A program made the translations under genes and the position numbers. 64,000 nucleotides of DNA from Eledone cirrhosa (Eukaryota): NCBI GenBank assembly GCA_964016885.1, contig OZ024746.1:1612001-1676000 (forward strand), written 5' to 3'. Positions 50,375 to 63,611 of this stretch are shown piece by piece; within the stretch, counting starts at the first letter, position 1, and each line of letters begins with the position of its first letter. The notes beneath the pieces are model-generated. The model saw only the letters and a list, made by a program, of their open reading frames with translations, was not told where the DNA came from and made no database searches.

Positions 50375-50555
50375 GTATATATATATATGTATATATATAT
50401 ATGTATATATATATATGTATATATATGTATATATATGTATATGTATATGTATATATGTATATATATATATATATATATATGTATATGTATATATATATAT
50501 GTATATGTATATATATATATGTATATATATATGTATATATATATATGTATATATG

Positions 50556-50602
<47 letters not shown>

Positions 50603-50635
50603 GTATATATATATATGTATATATATATGTATATG

Positions 50636-50666
<31 letters not shown>

Positions 50667-50705
50667 GTATATGTATATATATATATGTATATATATATGT
50701 ATATG

Positions 50706-50770
<65 letters not shown>

Positions 50771-50829
50771 GTATATATATATATGTATATATGTATATGT
50801 ATATATATATGTATATGTATATATATATG

Positions 50830-50880
<51 letters not shown>

Positions 50881-50892
50881 GTATATATATAC

Positions 50893-50927
<35 letters not shown>

Positions 50928-50940
50928 TGTATATATATAC

Positions 50941-51045
<105 letters not shown>

Positions 51046-51051
51046 TGTATG

Positions 51052-51149
<98 letters not shown>

Positions 51150-53095
51150 CACAAACATAAGGCAAAATCTGGGAGATAAAAATGAAAAATTATAATGGAA
51201 AATATTAAAATAAAAAGGTAGAAAAATGTGGAATAATTGATGCCTGGAAGAATATTTTGGTAAGTTTTATTGTGAAAGAGCAAACGTCCTAGATTGGGAC
51301 CTTGTTAGACTCCCATTTAGTTATTATTATTAAATTCTGCTGAGGTTAACTTTGCCATTCGTCCTTACCGGATCTATAAAATAAAGTACCAGTAATACAC
51401 TGGGGGTCGCTTTAATTGACTTTCCCTTCCCCTAAAATTGCTGGCCTAGTGCCTAAAGTAGAAACCATTATTATTATTATTCGTCAATATTTTGGAAGTG
51501 GTTTAGTCGATGAGTCAGTCGTTTAGTCACGTTTATCCAATCAGGAATTCTCTGTCTTCAGACAACCGAGGAAATTCCTCCTTTTCTGCATAATTTATTG
51601 TAGAGTCATCGCTTAATTCACTGACGAAATATTAACGAAAATAAAATACTTTTGTCCCCTTTAGATAATTATATTTGTTCCAAATATATATATATATTTT
51701 TTTTTTTGGGGGGGGGGGGGGGGGTTTAAATAAATGATTGTGTCACATATATAATAATTGTTTCTACTTTTGGCACAAGACCAGCAATTACTCAGTGTAT
51801 TACTGGTACAACTCCTTCATTCATTCATTTGCTTATATATATATATATACGCATGCATGGATGCATACACACATAGATGCATGTATTTGTGTATGTATGC
51901 ATTAATGTGCACACACACACACACACACACATTTCTGTACTCCTCCATTCTGGTTTAGTACAAGTGATAGATCCAAACTAATCGATATTTAATCATTCCT
52001 GCAGAAATGTCGTGTAAACTACTCTTGTGTGCATTCTTCCCATTCTAATATCCTCCTGCTTCCTTCATCTCAATAATGGACGACTACTGCACTTCTGCTG
52101 CACTTCTGCTGCATCTAACACATCACTAGCTTCATTGTTATTTGCTTTTCAATAACGCACACACACATATATATAACCACACACATACATATATAACCAC
52201 ACACACATATATATATATAACCACACACACACATATATATAACCACACACACACATATATAACCACACACACGCACACACACATATATAACCACACACAC
52301 ACACACATACACACATATAACCACACACACACACATATAACCACACGCACACACACACACATAGAGAGAGAGAGATGTGTGTATGTATTACAATATATTT
52401 AGGAGACAACTATTTTCGGTATTTTCAAATTAAAAAGAAAAAAGTGTGTTTATTTCTTTGTGATGGGGCCCCTTATTACAAAACATTTGTAACAGGAAAC
52501 CCCAGGAATGTTAAAGTAGTTCCTCATAGGCGGAAGCTAAAAGAAAATAGATTTGATATTGGTAGATAAATGTTGGAGGTTTAAGGCAGGAGAACCCTTG
52601 CAATATTTCATTAATTTCTTTCTGTTTAAGGAGACATCGTATAAATAAAAAAAAACCTTCATGAGCCCCTTTTTTTAAGTAAAAAGAAATTCAAACACTC
52701 ATATATGAAAAAAACAACCTGAGCCCCCCTCCCCCCTGTTTGAAGAACTTTTGTAACGCGAACTGGCGCAAAATTTATTATAATTATTGACCAACCAATC
52801 AAATTACTTCTCTAAAAACCTGGCGTTTCGAGCCACTTTTTTCATATAAATCAAGTAACATTCAGAGACCAACCAGATGTGAGAAAAACCACAGACCCTC
52901 CATCTCAACTCTACTTTTGAAAAGCAGAAGAACTGCGAAACCGGTAAAGGAACCAAATAAATATATATATTTTTTTAAAATAAGACTCCAGTTGCATTTT
53001 AGATTTCATCTTTTTTTCTTTATACTTTCACTCGTGTAGGACACCTCGGTTATTTTTCATTTTGTAAAAAAACCTCATTTTCTAATAAATATATA

Positions 53096-53126
<31 letters not shown>

Positions 53127-53575
53127 GTATAAATATATATATATATAATGTATATATATATATATGTATAAATATATATATATATAATGTATAGTAATAA
53201 TAATAAAATTGAAGACTAAAATCCAAAGAGGGCTCGATAAGGAAAATATATATCAAGAAAGCAGCGATTCTTTGCTTAAACTTTAATCTGTTATTTTAAT
53301 AAATATATAATGTATATATATATATATATGTATAAATATATATATATATATATGTATATATATAATATATATATATATATAATATATATATATATGTATA
53401 AATATATATATATATATGTATATAATATATAATATATATATATGTGTTTGTATATATATATATGTATATATATATGTATATATATGTATATGTATATATA
53501 TGTATATGTATATATATGTATATGTATATATATATATATGTATATGTATATAGATATATATATATATGTATATAT

Positions 53576-53845
53576 ATCATCATCATCATCATCATTTTAC
53601 GTCTGCTTTTCCCTGCTTGCAAGGGTGGGACGGGAACTCGTTCTGGCTTGATTTCTACAGCTGGATGCCCTTCCTAACACCAACCTCATTTTACAGTGAG
53701 TGCTGGGTGCTTTTTTGCCATGGCCACTTTTTTGCCACGACCACTTTACAGAGGAATGATAGGGACCCCAGTCCCTATCATCTCATTTCTACAGCTGAGT
53801 AAACTGGAGCAATGTGAAATAAAGTGTCTTGCTCAAGGAAACAAC
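53576..53845 (-). mobile_element. SINE with RTE-type 3' end and (GAT)n tail
   Basis: Shares ggtgttaggaagggcatccaRctgtagaaa and the gacgt..aa(gat)n tail with the RTE 3' UTR; similar tails at 2760-2808, 8059-8103, 9716-9768, 10232-10283 and 11281-11323. Confidence 0.7.
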
Positions 53846-54089
53846 ATATATATGTATATATATGTATATATGTATATATATATGTATATATGTATATATA
53901 TATATATATATATATAGTATATATATATATGTATATATATATATATGTATATATATATAAGTATATATGTATATATATAAGTATATATATATATATATGT
54001 ATATATATAAGTATATATATACATAATGGTGGAACACTGGAAGGTAATATCCGTAGTGGTAGAGCACTCAGTCCAAGGGACGAGTTAGG

Positions 54090-54195
54090 TAGAAGTGGTT
54101 ACACAACAGTTAGTTCACCATCCCGAGCTGAAGATCCGCGAAGGTGAAACAATTATTCTCGGTATGGTGAACTAACTGTCGTGTAACCACTTCTA
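54090..54195 (+). ncRNA. Hammerhead ribozyme motif closed by a 38-bp stem I (family C)
   Basis: 54090-54127 pairs with 54158-54195 (36 of 38); CTGAAGA 54128-54134; stem II cc-gcgaa-gg with U-U at its base; GAAA 54146-54149; near-palindromic stem III acaattat; AUU triplet. Confidence 0.72.
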
Positions 54196-54246
54196 TATAT
54201 ATATGTGTATATATATGTCTATATATATGTATATATATATATGTAT

Positions 54247-56625
54247 GATTCCTTTACGGCAGATGGCATCACAACATTCTCTAATGGATACTGTGAATCG
54301 GTCACTGTGCACAATAAAGCCAATGACCTGACATTAGTTGGGCTCTATAGGCCGCCACAAACACCCATAATCTGTTTCAAAGAATGCCTCAACAGTATTA
54401 AATGCTTTATCAAACAGTGCCATTCTAGTAACATACTTTTGATGGGAGACTTTAATCTACCCTGTGTCGATTGGTCTACATGTAGTTTGAAACCAGGCTC
54501 CATAGCCTCAACTACTGACAAAGAGGCTGTCGAGTCACTTCTTGACTTCATGAATGAGTTTTTCTTGTCACAACTTGTCCTTGCACCAACGAGGCATCAG
54601 AACATTCTGGATCTAGTGTTTAGTAACCACACTAACACTATACATAATATTACAGTGGAAAAAACCCTTCTCTCAGACCATGACATGGTTCTTTGTAACC
54701 TGATATTCCACCAGCCGAAAGCTAATCCCGGGGTCCTCTCTCCAGCCCACCCATTTGATAACATGGATCTCTACAATGACAACTTGGATGCAATTATGAA
54801 CGAACTATCACATGTCGACTGGTCTTTTACACACGCACACACTTCCACCAACATCAAAACATCTTGGCAGATCTTTGTAGACACTGTCACAAATATATGT
54901 TCAAAACACACTCCACCAAAACCTGTGAACAAAACCAAGTGCAGTATCCCCCAAAACAGAAAAACAATTATCAGAAAAATAAAAAGAACAAACAAAAAAA
55001 TATACACACTAAAATACTGCCAACAGCAACACACACATTCAATGGCTATCACCCTGCTTGAACAAAAAAATATAACCTCCAGCAATGCATGATGACCATC
55101 ATCAATAACCAGAGAATAGCTGAAGAGAGATGGGCCATTGAGAAAATAAAACTCAACCTCAAAGTGTTCTTCTCATTCGCAAGGTCACTGTCTCCACTGT
55201 TGGCCCCCTAGTTGATGAAAATGACACACTCCAGGACAATGCCAAAACCATGGGCGAGATACTGCAGAAACAATACTGCTCTGTTTTCAGCAACCCTGAT
55301 ATGGCCGATCTGGGCCATATCAGTGATATTAAGCCCCAACACACTATATCGGACATAACGTTTGGCGCCCCTGATGTCTTAGCGGCAATAAACAAAATTA
55401 AACACAATTCAGCAGTAGGCCCCAACAGGTTCCCTGCTTGTGTCCTGAAGATGTGTTGACACCAACTTGCATCTCCTCTTGCTAATATGTGGAGGAACTC
55501 ACTGGACACTGGCTATATTCCTGAAAACTTTCTGTCCCAGTCTTCAAAAAGGGAAATAAGTCCCTTGCAGTGAACTACCATCTGATCTCACTCACCTCTC
55601 ATATCATCAAGGTATTTGAGAGGGTGGTGAGATCACGAATAACCCACTTTCTTGAAAGCAACGGCCTGCTGAACTCCAACCAACATGGATTCCGTAATGG
55701 AAGGGACTGCCTAACGCAGCTCCTGCATCACTTTGATGATGTTTTGAGAGCATTGGGAGAGGGCTCCAACACTGATGTCACCTACCTTGATTTCAGCAAG
55801 GCCTTCGACAGGGTTGATCATAAGATTCTACTGAACAAACTATCCAATGTTGGTGTCTCTGGAAGGTTACTACAGTGGATCAAATGTTTCCTGACAGGCA
55901 GAACCCAGCATGTTGTAGTCGAAGGAGTAAAATCAAGCCCAGCCAAAGTTAGCAGTGGCGTCCCATAAGGCACTGTGTTGGACCCACTTCTTTTCATCAT
56001 CTACATTAATGACATTACTGACATCATCAAACACAGTAACATCAGAATCTTCGCAGATGATTCCAAGCTCCAAAGGGTCATCAATGAGGTGGGTGACCGG
56101 ACTTGCCTTCAGTCAGACCTACTGGCTGTTATCCAATGGGCAGAGATGAATAATATACTGTTGAATGAAGATAAGTTTGAATTAATCCACTTTGGAAAAA
56201 AGGATGCCCTGAAACTATCATACTCTCTTCCTTCAGGTGAAACTCTAGTGGCATCCAATAACATCAGAGACCTGGGAGTAATTGTGGACAACAACATAAG
56301 CTGGGGCACTCATATAAACAGTAAAGTTGACATGGCTCGTAGAATGTGTTCCTGGATTCTCAGAACTTTCCAGTCGAGAGATATCCACACTGTTGTCCTT
56401 CTCTTCTCCACTTTTGCTTGACCCCACCTTGAATACTGTTGTCCACTGTGGTCACCCCACACAAAACAAAGTATCATGAAAGTTGAAGCACCCCAAAGGT
56501 CAATTACAAAAAAGATAGATGACATGACATGCCTTGACTATTGGAGTCGATTAGAAAAGCTCTCCAACGTCGCCGTGAGCGCTACATTATCTGCGTGATG
56601 TGGAAAATATTTCATCAGCTTTGCA
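54247..56625 (+). mobile_element. Degenerate CR1/L2-group LINE, same family as 43801-45938
   Basis: GLYRPP, MGDFN, SDH and RT motifs split over ORFs 54205-55092, 55250-55459, 55570-55968 and 55975-56421 by stops and frameshifts; truncated at both ends. Confidence 0.92.
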
Positions 56626-57262
56626 TGTAAAAGTAAATAATAGGTTTAAAATGAGCACGGAAGGAGAGAAGAAAAAAGAGAATTTAAGGAAGAAAAAATA
56701 TCTATTACTTTTACATATTACAATACATAAAAACAAACTTAAACCCTAACTAATTCCTCTAAGTTCATAATTCTTTTATTCTTCTCCTTCTTTCACATTA
56801 TATCCTTAATATTTTTATTTTAATAATACATATTAATAAACTCATTTTTTTCGCACATATTATTAAACCCTTCAATACATAATCCTTAAATGAATACTAT
56901 TCCTAGTTCCTTTTTCTTCAATCATAAACATCAACATCCATAAACCTCATTAACTTTTAATTTCAAAATCTTTTAAAATTATCTATTATCTTCCAATGGT
57001 TTTTTAATTTCTCTCTGTGAGACAATGTTTTCTCAATTGTAAAGGCTATTTCTCTCTCTCTATCACTCATTTCTCCTCCTCTCTCATCCTTCCTTCTTAT
57101 ACTCCTCCCCATCATCCTTTATTTTCTTTCTTCCTCACCTTTTAATACCCCCCCCCCTCCTTTTTTTCCCAATCTCATATATCCATCTTACTTTATTTTT
57201 CATATGTTGATTTAAAACTTCACTGCTCGCAAGTGTTTTTTAAGTTTCATATCATGTTTCCC

Positions 57263-57333
57263 TATTTTATCTGATGAGAACGCAAATATCATCCCATGAT
57301 GATATTTGTTTTTGAAATGTGCATAATAAAATA
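57263..57333 (+). ncRNA. Type I hammerhead ribozyme motif (family D)
   Basis: Stem I tattttat/ataaaata (8 bp); CTGATGA 57271-57277; ~16-bp stem II with loop ccat; GAAA 57314-57317; short stem III atgtgcat; AUA triplet; overlapping AATAAA; long pyrimidine-rich tract upstream. Confidence 0.8.
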
Positions 57334-57406
57334 CTTGGAACTCTTTTAACCATCTTTTGATCTTATATAATATATATATGTATATATATATGTATATATA
57401 TATATG

Positions 57407-57439
<33 letters not shown>

Positions 57440-57618
57440 GTATATATATCTATATGTATATATATATGTATATATATATGTATATATATATGTATATATA
57501 TATACATATATATATATGTATATATATGTATATATATATGTATATATATATGTATATATATATACATATATATATATGTATATATATGTATATATATATA
57601 TATATGTATATATATATG

Positions 57619-57703
<85 letters not shown>

Positions 57704-57714
57704 GTATATATATG

Positions 57715-57745
<31 letters not shown>

Positions 57746-57749
57746 GTAT

Positions 57750-57809
<60 letters not shown>

Positions 57810-58019
57810 CGTGAAATAAGAAAATTATAAAATTAACTTACTTACTAAAATATCACTTCCAACTAATTAGTTTCTGGAATGGAGTAAATATATTTTCCGA
57901 AGAAGATATAGAGAACTGCAACCCCATGCATTGAACCACAATGTTACTAAGACAAAACCTATATATTTGCTAGCATTGATATGCATCTGTATGTATATAT
58001 ATGTTACTAGATATTAATT

Positions 58020-58052
<33 letters not shown>

Positions 58053-58059
<7 letters not shown>

Positions 58060-58482
58060 GTTTCTATATGTATAATAAAGCCAAAACAATGCAGGTATGG
58101 ACATATAATAAAGAATGCAAATGCAAAAGATATTGTTGACAATTAGTCTTTTACCTTAGATTTATTTAAATGTCCTTAATTTTCGAGATAATATCTCTTC
58201 TTCGGAGGGAAGTAAAGTGGTTAAACCAGTGTTCTAAATAGCTTGCCAAGTCATGCTGACAGGAAAATTTTCCTGTCAGCATGACTTGGCAAGCTATTTA
58301 GAACACTGGTTTTACAGCTTTATTTCCCTCCGAAGAAGAGATATTATCTCAAAAATTAAGGACATTTAAATAAATCTAAGGTAAAAGACTAATTGTCAAC
58401 AATATCTTTTGCATTTGCATTCTTTATTCTATGTCCATACCTGCATTGTTTTGGCTTTATTATACATATACAAACGTTTATA
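58053..58482. repeat. 430-bp spacerless near-perfect palindrome
   Basis: Centre ggaaaa|ttttcc at 58267/58268; 215-bp arms, the inner 45 bp perfect. Confidence 0.95.
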
Positions 58483-58520
58483 CCTCATTACACAATGCTT
58501 CAAGTGAACTATAACCTCCT

Positions 58521-58568
<48 letters not shown>

Positions 58569-58589
58569 TATATATGTATATATGGTTAT

Positions 58590-59200
58590 GTCAGGTCACC
58601 AGTTGGTGCTACTGGTAACATGTATCCCAGTACAACCTGTCCCATGGTCGGGTCGTTGGCGACGAAACTGGCAACCCCACCAAGGTTTCTTGGTGAGGCG
58701 GGTGACTTTGGACATCCTGCAGGACTAAAAACAAAACCTGTCAAAGGGCAAAGGAGCTCTTAAGAGTCAATGGCCATCCAAAATCACCGGGAGAGATGAC
58801 GCCCTTAGCCTTTGTCAAGGCAGAATTCTAGGAGATGGAAAACTCTGATATAACACCTGCAACTCTGATGGTATCCAATGATGTTGACTTGTTCTTCTTT
58901 TTGGTAAATATCATCTTGGTTAAGAGAGTGGGACTGGCTTTGTGCAGTGCCTTTGCTCACTATAAAAGCTTCACGGCACAGGCATTGCGTTATATCTGGA
59001 GATCTCTCTGCACTTGTCGTCACATGGTACCATGGGCCCAGCACTATGTGTCAATAATTGACACAAGTGTAGTGTTTGTACCAGAGTGTTCAAGTTGCTG
59101 GCTGGACTAAAAAGTCACACTCGTTCAGCACATCGGTAGGGGTTCTCCTACATGAATATAAAGTAGTGGCCGTACTTGAAAACGAGTTGGCAGCCACCAT
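58590..59200 (+). mobile_element. Non-autonomous element with RTE-5'-UTR-like sequence, between (TA)n tracts
   Basis: ctaggagaWggaaaactctga motif reminiscent of RTE 5' UTRs; second copy at 34566-34974. Confidence 0.5.
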
Positions 59201-59221
59201 ATGTATATATATATGTATATA

Positions 59222-59259
<38 letters not shown>

Positions 59260-59396
59260 TATGTATATATATGTATATATATATATATATATAAGTATTG
59301 AAATTTCCTTTGAAAACAGAAAAAGTCATAGAAGTGAAGAGTGCTTTATGTAAGTACCAGAGCAAAATTTAATGTATAAAAATCAATACAATATAA

Positions 59397-59472
59397 TTAC
59401 CTCATTACCAGAGGTTTCCCGAATGAGGCGAATACGAAAGAAATGTCTTCATTCGTTCGTCAGACGAGGCAA
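59397..59472 (-). ncRNA. Type I hammerhead ribozyme motif (family E)
   Basis: Minus strand: stem I ttgcctcgt/atgaggtaa (9 bp with GU pairs); CTGACGA; stem II cgaatga/tcattcg; GAAA; stem III cc-tct-gg; GUA triplet. Confidence 0.8.
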
Positions 59473-59503
59473 TATAAAACATGGCTAAATACTAGGAAAG
59501 TCT

Positions 59504-59540
<37 letters not shown>

Positions 59541-59668
59541 AAAGTTCTATTTAAAATTGTTGGGATACAACAAGTAAATATTCTATAACTGATATAAAGC
59601 ACTCGACAAGTTTTTGGAGTAGATATACGATATTAAATAAATGGAAACTATATTTATAAAACCATATT

Positions 59669-59733
59669 TATTTCATTATACATATTTCAGGGATACCAAA
59701 TTAAAATATGGTATGCCTTCATCAGACAAAATA
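59669..59733 (-). ncRNA. Type I hammerhead ribozyme motif (family F, copy 1)
   Basis: Inverted copy of 60414-60478. Confidence 0.75.
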
Positions 59734-60413
59734 CAATATATAAACAGTTTTATAAATAATTTTGATGTACCCTATTAGATGCAACCATTATTTTTGGAAG
59801 CTGTCTGGATAGTGAGATGTTTATAATTATTTTATTAGTTATAGTGTTAAGCACAGTTAGAAAAAGACGGAGAGAAAGAAAAAACGGAGAGAGAGAAGGA
59901 GAGAGAAAAAAAAGGAGAGAGAGAAAAAGAAAACCTGGAGAAATACCGGAGAGAGAGAGGAATGTATGCAGAAAAGAAAGATATAAATAGATAGGAGGAA
60001 ATGAAAAAGAAAGAAAAACAAAAGAAAGCAACAGAGAGATAATAATTCATCATACAGATAGAGAAACTCAAGAGAGAGGAGGATATAGTGACAACTTTAC
60101 GTCATGTCATATTAAGTTGAGTTAACAATTCATATGAAATGAATAATAAAAATGTAAATATCAATATTCATGAATGGGACATAGATATATAACATGAGAA
60201 AATAACATTGTTCAATAATGACCATATGTTTAGTTTAAAACCTTGAGGTCAATATACCAAAATCTGAGTTAAAACCTTCAAAAAATACCCTATTTATAAA
60301 AATACGGATACACATATGTATATATATATATACACGCATATGTACGTCCTGAAAAATAATGGTTGCATCTAATAGGGTACGTCAAAATTATTTATAAAAC
60401 TGTTTATATATTG

Positions 60414-60478
60414 TATTTTGTCTGATGAAGGCATACCATATTTTAATTTGGTATCCCTGAAATATGTATAATGAAATA
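60414..60478 (+). ncRNA. Type I hammerhead ribozyme motif (family F, copy 2)
   Basis: Stem I tattttgt/atgaaata; CTGATGA 60422-60428; stem II aggcatacca/tggtatccct (9 of 10); GAAA 60459-60462; stem III atatgtat; AUA triplet; AATAAA at 60475. Confidence 0.75.
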
Positions 60479-60518
60479 AATATGGTTTTATAAATATAGT
60501 TTCCATTTATTTAATATC

Positions 60519-60576
<58 letters not shown>

Positions 60577-60613
60577 TATTAATAAATGGAAACTATATTT
60601 ATAAAACCATATT

Positions 60614-60678
60614 TATTTCATTATATATATTTCAAGGATACCAAGTTAAATCATGGTATGCCTTCATCAGACAAAATA
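60614..60678 (-). ncRNA. Type I hammerhead ribozyme motif (family F, copy 3, diverged)
   Basis: Same core; most substitutions fall in loop II; stem III is the palindrome atatatat. Confidence 0.75.
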
Positions 60679-60805
60679 CAATATATAACAGTTTTCCAAA
60701 TAGATATTTGACATACCCTTTCAAAAAGGTGACTGTTGTTTTTGGAGGCCATCCGGATAGTGGTTTGTTTACTTTAGTAAGTCATAGTGTTAAGAGTAAG
60801 TAAAA

Positions 60806-60844
<39 letters not shown>

Positions 60845-61080
60845 AGTATATATTACACAAAGAGAAGTGTGTTACACAGTGAGATGTGTGTAAAGAATTA
60901 TTACGGGTGGTTTTACCGTTACTGTATAGGGAACAACGTCTACAGGTTAGCAATTAAATAGAAAAAAACCAATTCAGAATTAAATCTCTGGATTAGAGTT
61001 TTAAATCACAAACCTTATAACTATATATGTATATATATCTTTGTATATATATGTATACATAGTATACATATATGTATAGA

Positions 61081-61147
<67 letters not shown>

Positions 61148-61160
61148 ATATACACATATA

Positions 61161-61202
<42 letters not shown>

Positions 61203-61232
61203 AAAGAATAGAGGTGTAACACACAAGTTATG

Positions 61233-61539
61233 ATATATTGGTAAACGGAAAAGAAAATGCTGACAAATTGTTCACAGTGAAAAATAGTTCAATTAGGAAT
61301 AAGTGAGAATTAGTAATAGTATTGGTTAGTATTCAGTTTTGGTTTTAAGTTTTACCGGTTGCGCATTTCTAATGCTTTTCGAAAATAATTTTGAGATAGA
61401 GCGTCCGTGATGTTTGGTAAAACTTAAAACCAAAACTGAATACTAACCAATACTATTACTAATTCTCACTTATTCCTAATTAAACTATTTTTCACTGTGA
61501 ACAATTTGTCAGCATTTTCTTTTCCGTTTACCAATATAT
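61233..61539. repeat. Inverted repeat, 124-bp arms with 59-bp spacer
   Basis: 61233-61356 versus 61416-61539, near-identical. Confidence 0.95.
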
Positions 61540-61617
61540 ATATATATGTATATATATACATATATATATGTATATATATACATATATATATGTATATATA
61601 TATATACATATATATAC

Positions 61618-61697
<80 letters not shown>

Positions 61698-61705
<8 letters not shown>

Positions 61706-62401
61706 GAATAATCGAGTATCGAAAAATCGGCGCACGAGTTCACGATAAACAAAATTCGATATGAGCGGCAGAGGGCTCAATAATTTAGATAAATCAGAGC
61801 TATAACTATCGTTAAAATACCGTCACACATAGAACAAGTCTATAATCAACCGTACGACCGAAAAGTTGCGATCTGGAAGATTCGGGACACTCAGATAAAA
61901 AATCAATAAATCAATAAATCAAATGAATGTAAAAAGCATACCCGGACCCGCTAGAAAGATGTTAAATCTAGCTTCTTGGGTTTCTGTAAATCCTTAAACT
62001 GTCCTCTATCAGCTCACATAAAAATATATAAGACTTCTAGATGGCAGCGGACGGGAAATTTACTTCCTCAACGAGCTTTGTCCAAACGAATGAAAAGGCA
62101 TAACCCAGGCTAAATACGCACATGGAATTCGGCAAGGGAGATAACCTCTATATCCGCGAAAAATATTCGGGAAAATGTGGAAATACACATATCGAATAAG
62201 AGTGCTCAAGGGACATGTTGAAATAAACAGGAGCTATTCATCATTTAATAGAATCGACAAAAAATGAACAATAAAATTAACTGGTCAATAGCTAGGTCTA
62301 GAGCTAAATATAGTAGAATAATCGAGTATCGAAAAATCGGCGCACGAGTTCACGATAAACAAAATTCGATATGAGCGGCAGAGGGCTCAATAATTTAGAT
62401 A
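61698..62401. mobile_element. Non-coding element with 94-bp terminal direct repeats inside (TA)n
   Basis: 61698-61791 repeated at 62308-62401 (period 610 bp). Confidence 0.75.
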
Positions 62402-62579
62402 TATATATATATATACACACACATATATATATATATATATATAAAGAGAGGAGGAGGGAGGTAGAATTCAATAGAAATTTCATTAGTTTATCTCCGTCTC
62501 TATGTATCCCTCTACCTCCCTCCTCCTCTTTTGTCACTGCTTCAGTTCTTTCGTAATTGTCAGTCATTTTTTTGTTCTT

Positions 62580-63070
62580 CCCGTTTCTCTCTCTCTGTAT
62601 CCCCTCTATCTCTTTCTCTCTCTGTACCCCTCCCCCCGTCTCTGTTTATTTCTCTTTCTCTCTCTACTCCCCCCTCTGTCTCTTTATTTCTCTCTCGCTC
62701 TCTGTACCCCTCCCCCCGTCTCTGTTTATTTCTCTTTCTCTCTCTACTCCCCCCTCTGTCTCTTTATTTCTCTCTCTCTCTCTGTACTCCCCCCTCTGTC
62801 TCTGTTTATTTCTCTCTCTCTCTCTACTCCCCCCTCTGTCTCTTTATTTCTCTCTCGCTCTCTGTACTCCCCGCCTCTGTCTCTGTTTATTTCTCTCTCT
62901 CTACTCCCCCTCTGTCTCTGTTTATTTCTCACTCTCTCTACTCCCCCCTCTGTCTCTGTTTATTTCTCTCTCTACTCTCCCCTCTGTCTCTTTATTTCTC
63001 TCTCTGTACCCCCCCCCCTGTCTCTGTTTATTTCTCTCTCTGTACACCCCACCCCCCCCATCTGTCTCTC
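62580..63070. repeat. Pyrimidine-rich minisatellite (tctctgtttatttctctc..ctactccccc)
   Basis: Read directly. Confidence 0.9.
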
Positions 63071-63611
63071 TATTTGATCGAATGTGGCAATAAGTCAGTG
63101 TCGTTTTATCTCCTCCTCACACATACGCCCTCAAAGAGAGAGACCAAATATAAAACCAGGTCAGTCGTTCTAAACTGACAATTTATTCTGGAATGGAATC
63201 AGACATTGTCATCTACTTCCTCACAGAATTGTACAAAACAACATCTTAAGAACAGCTCTCTCTCTATCTATTTATAAATCCCCAGCATGTCTTTGTATTG
63301 TCCCCTTTTCTTGTGCGCCCTTGTGGCTAATAAAGAAATATATCTATTTATCTATCTCGGCCCTTGTGGCTAATAACGAAATATATCTATCTATCTATCT
63401 CGAATAGTATAGACGCGTACAACATCGGCTCCTGCCTTTTTGAATTTTTACCTATTGACAGTAAGTGTTTGTCTCTTTATTGTGTTGTCTTCGTGTCTTT
63501 TAACCACCCGGCTAGGTCTGTAGACGGGTAGTCATCGTATTTTTACCCCTTTTGGGGATAAAAACTACTCCAAAAAATTTTTGCTGACTCAGATGGTAAA
63601 AAATTGACGCC

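Noticed and set aside
61255-61290. CTGACAA-hairpin-GAAA in the inverted-repeat arm
   Set aside because: The catalytic G8 is missing and stem I does not pair.
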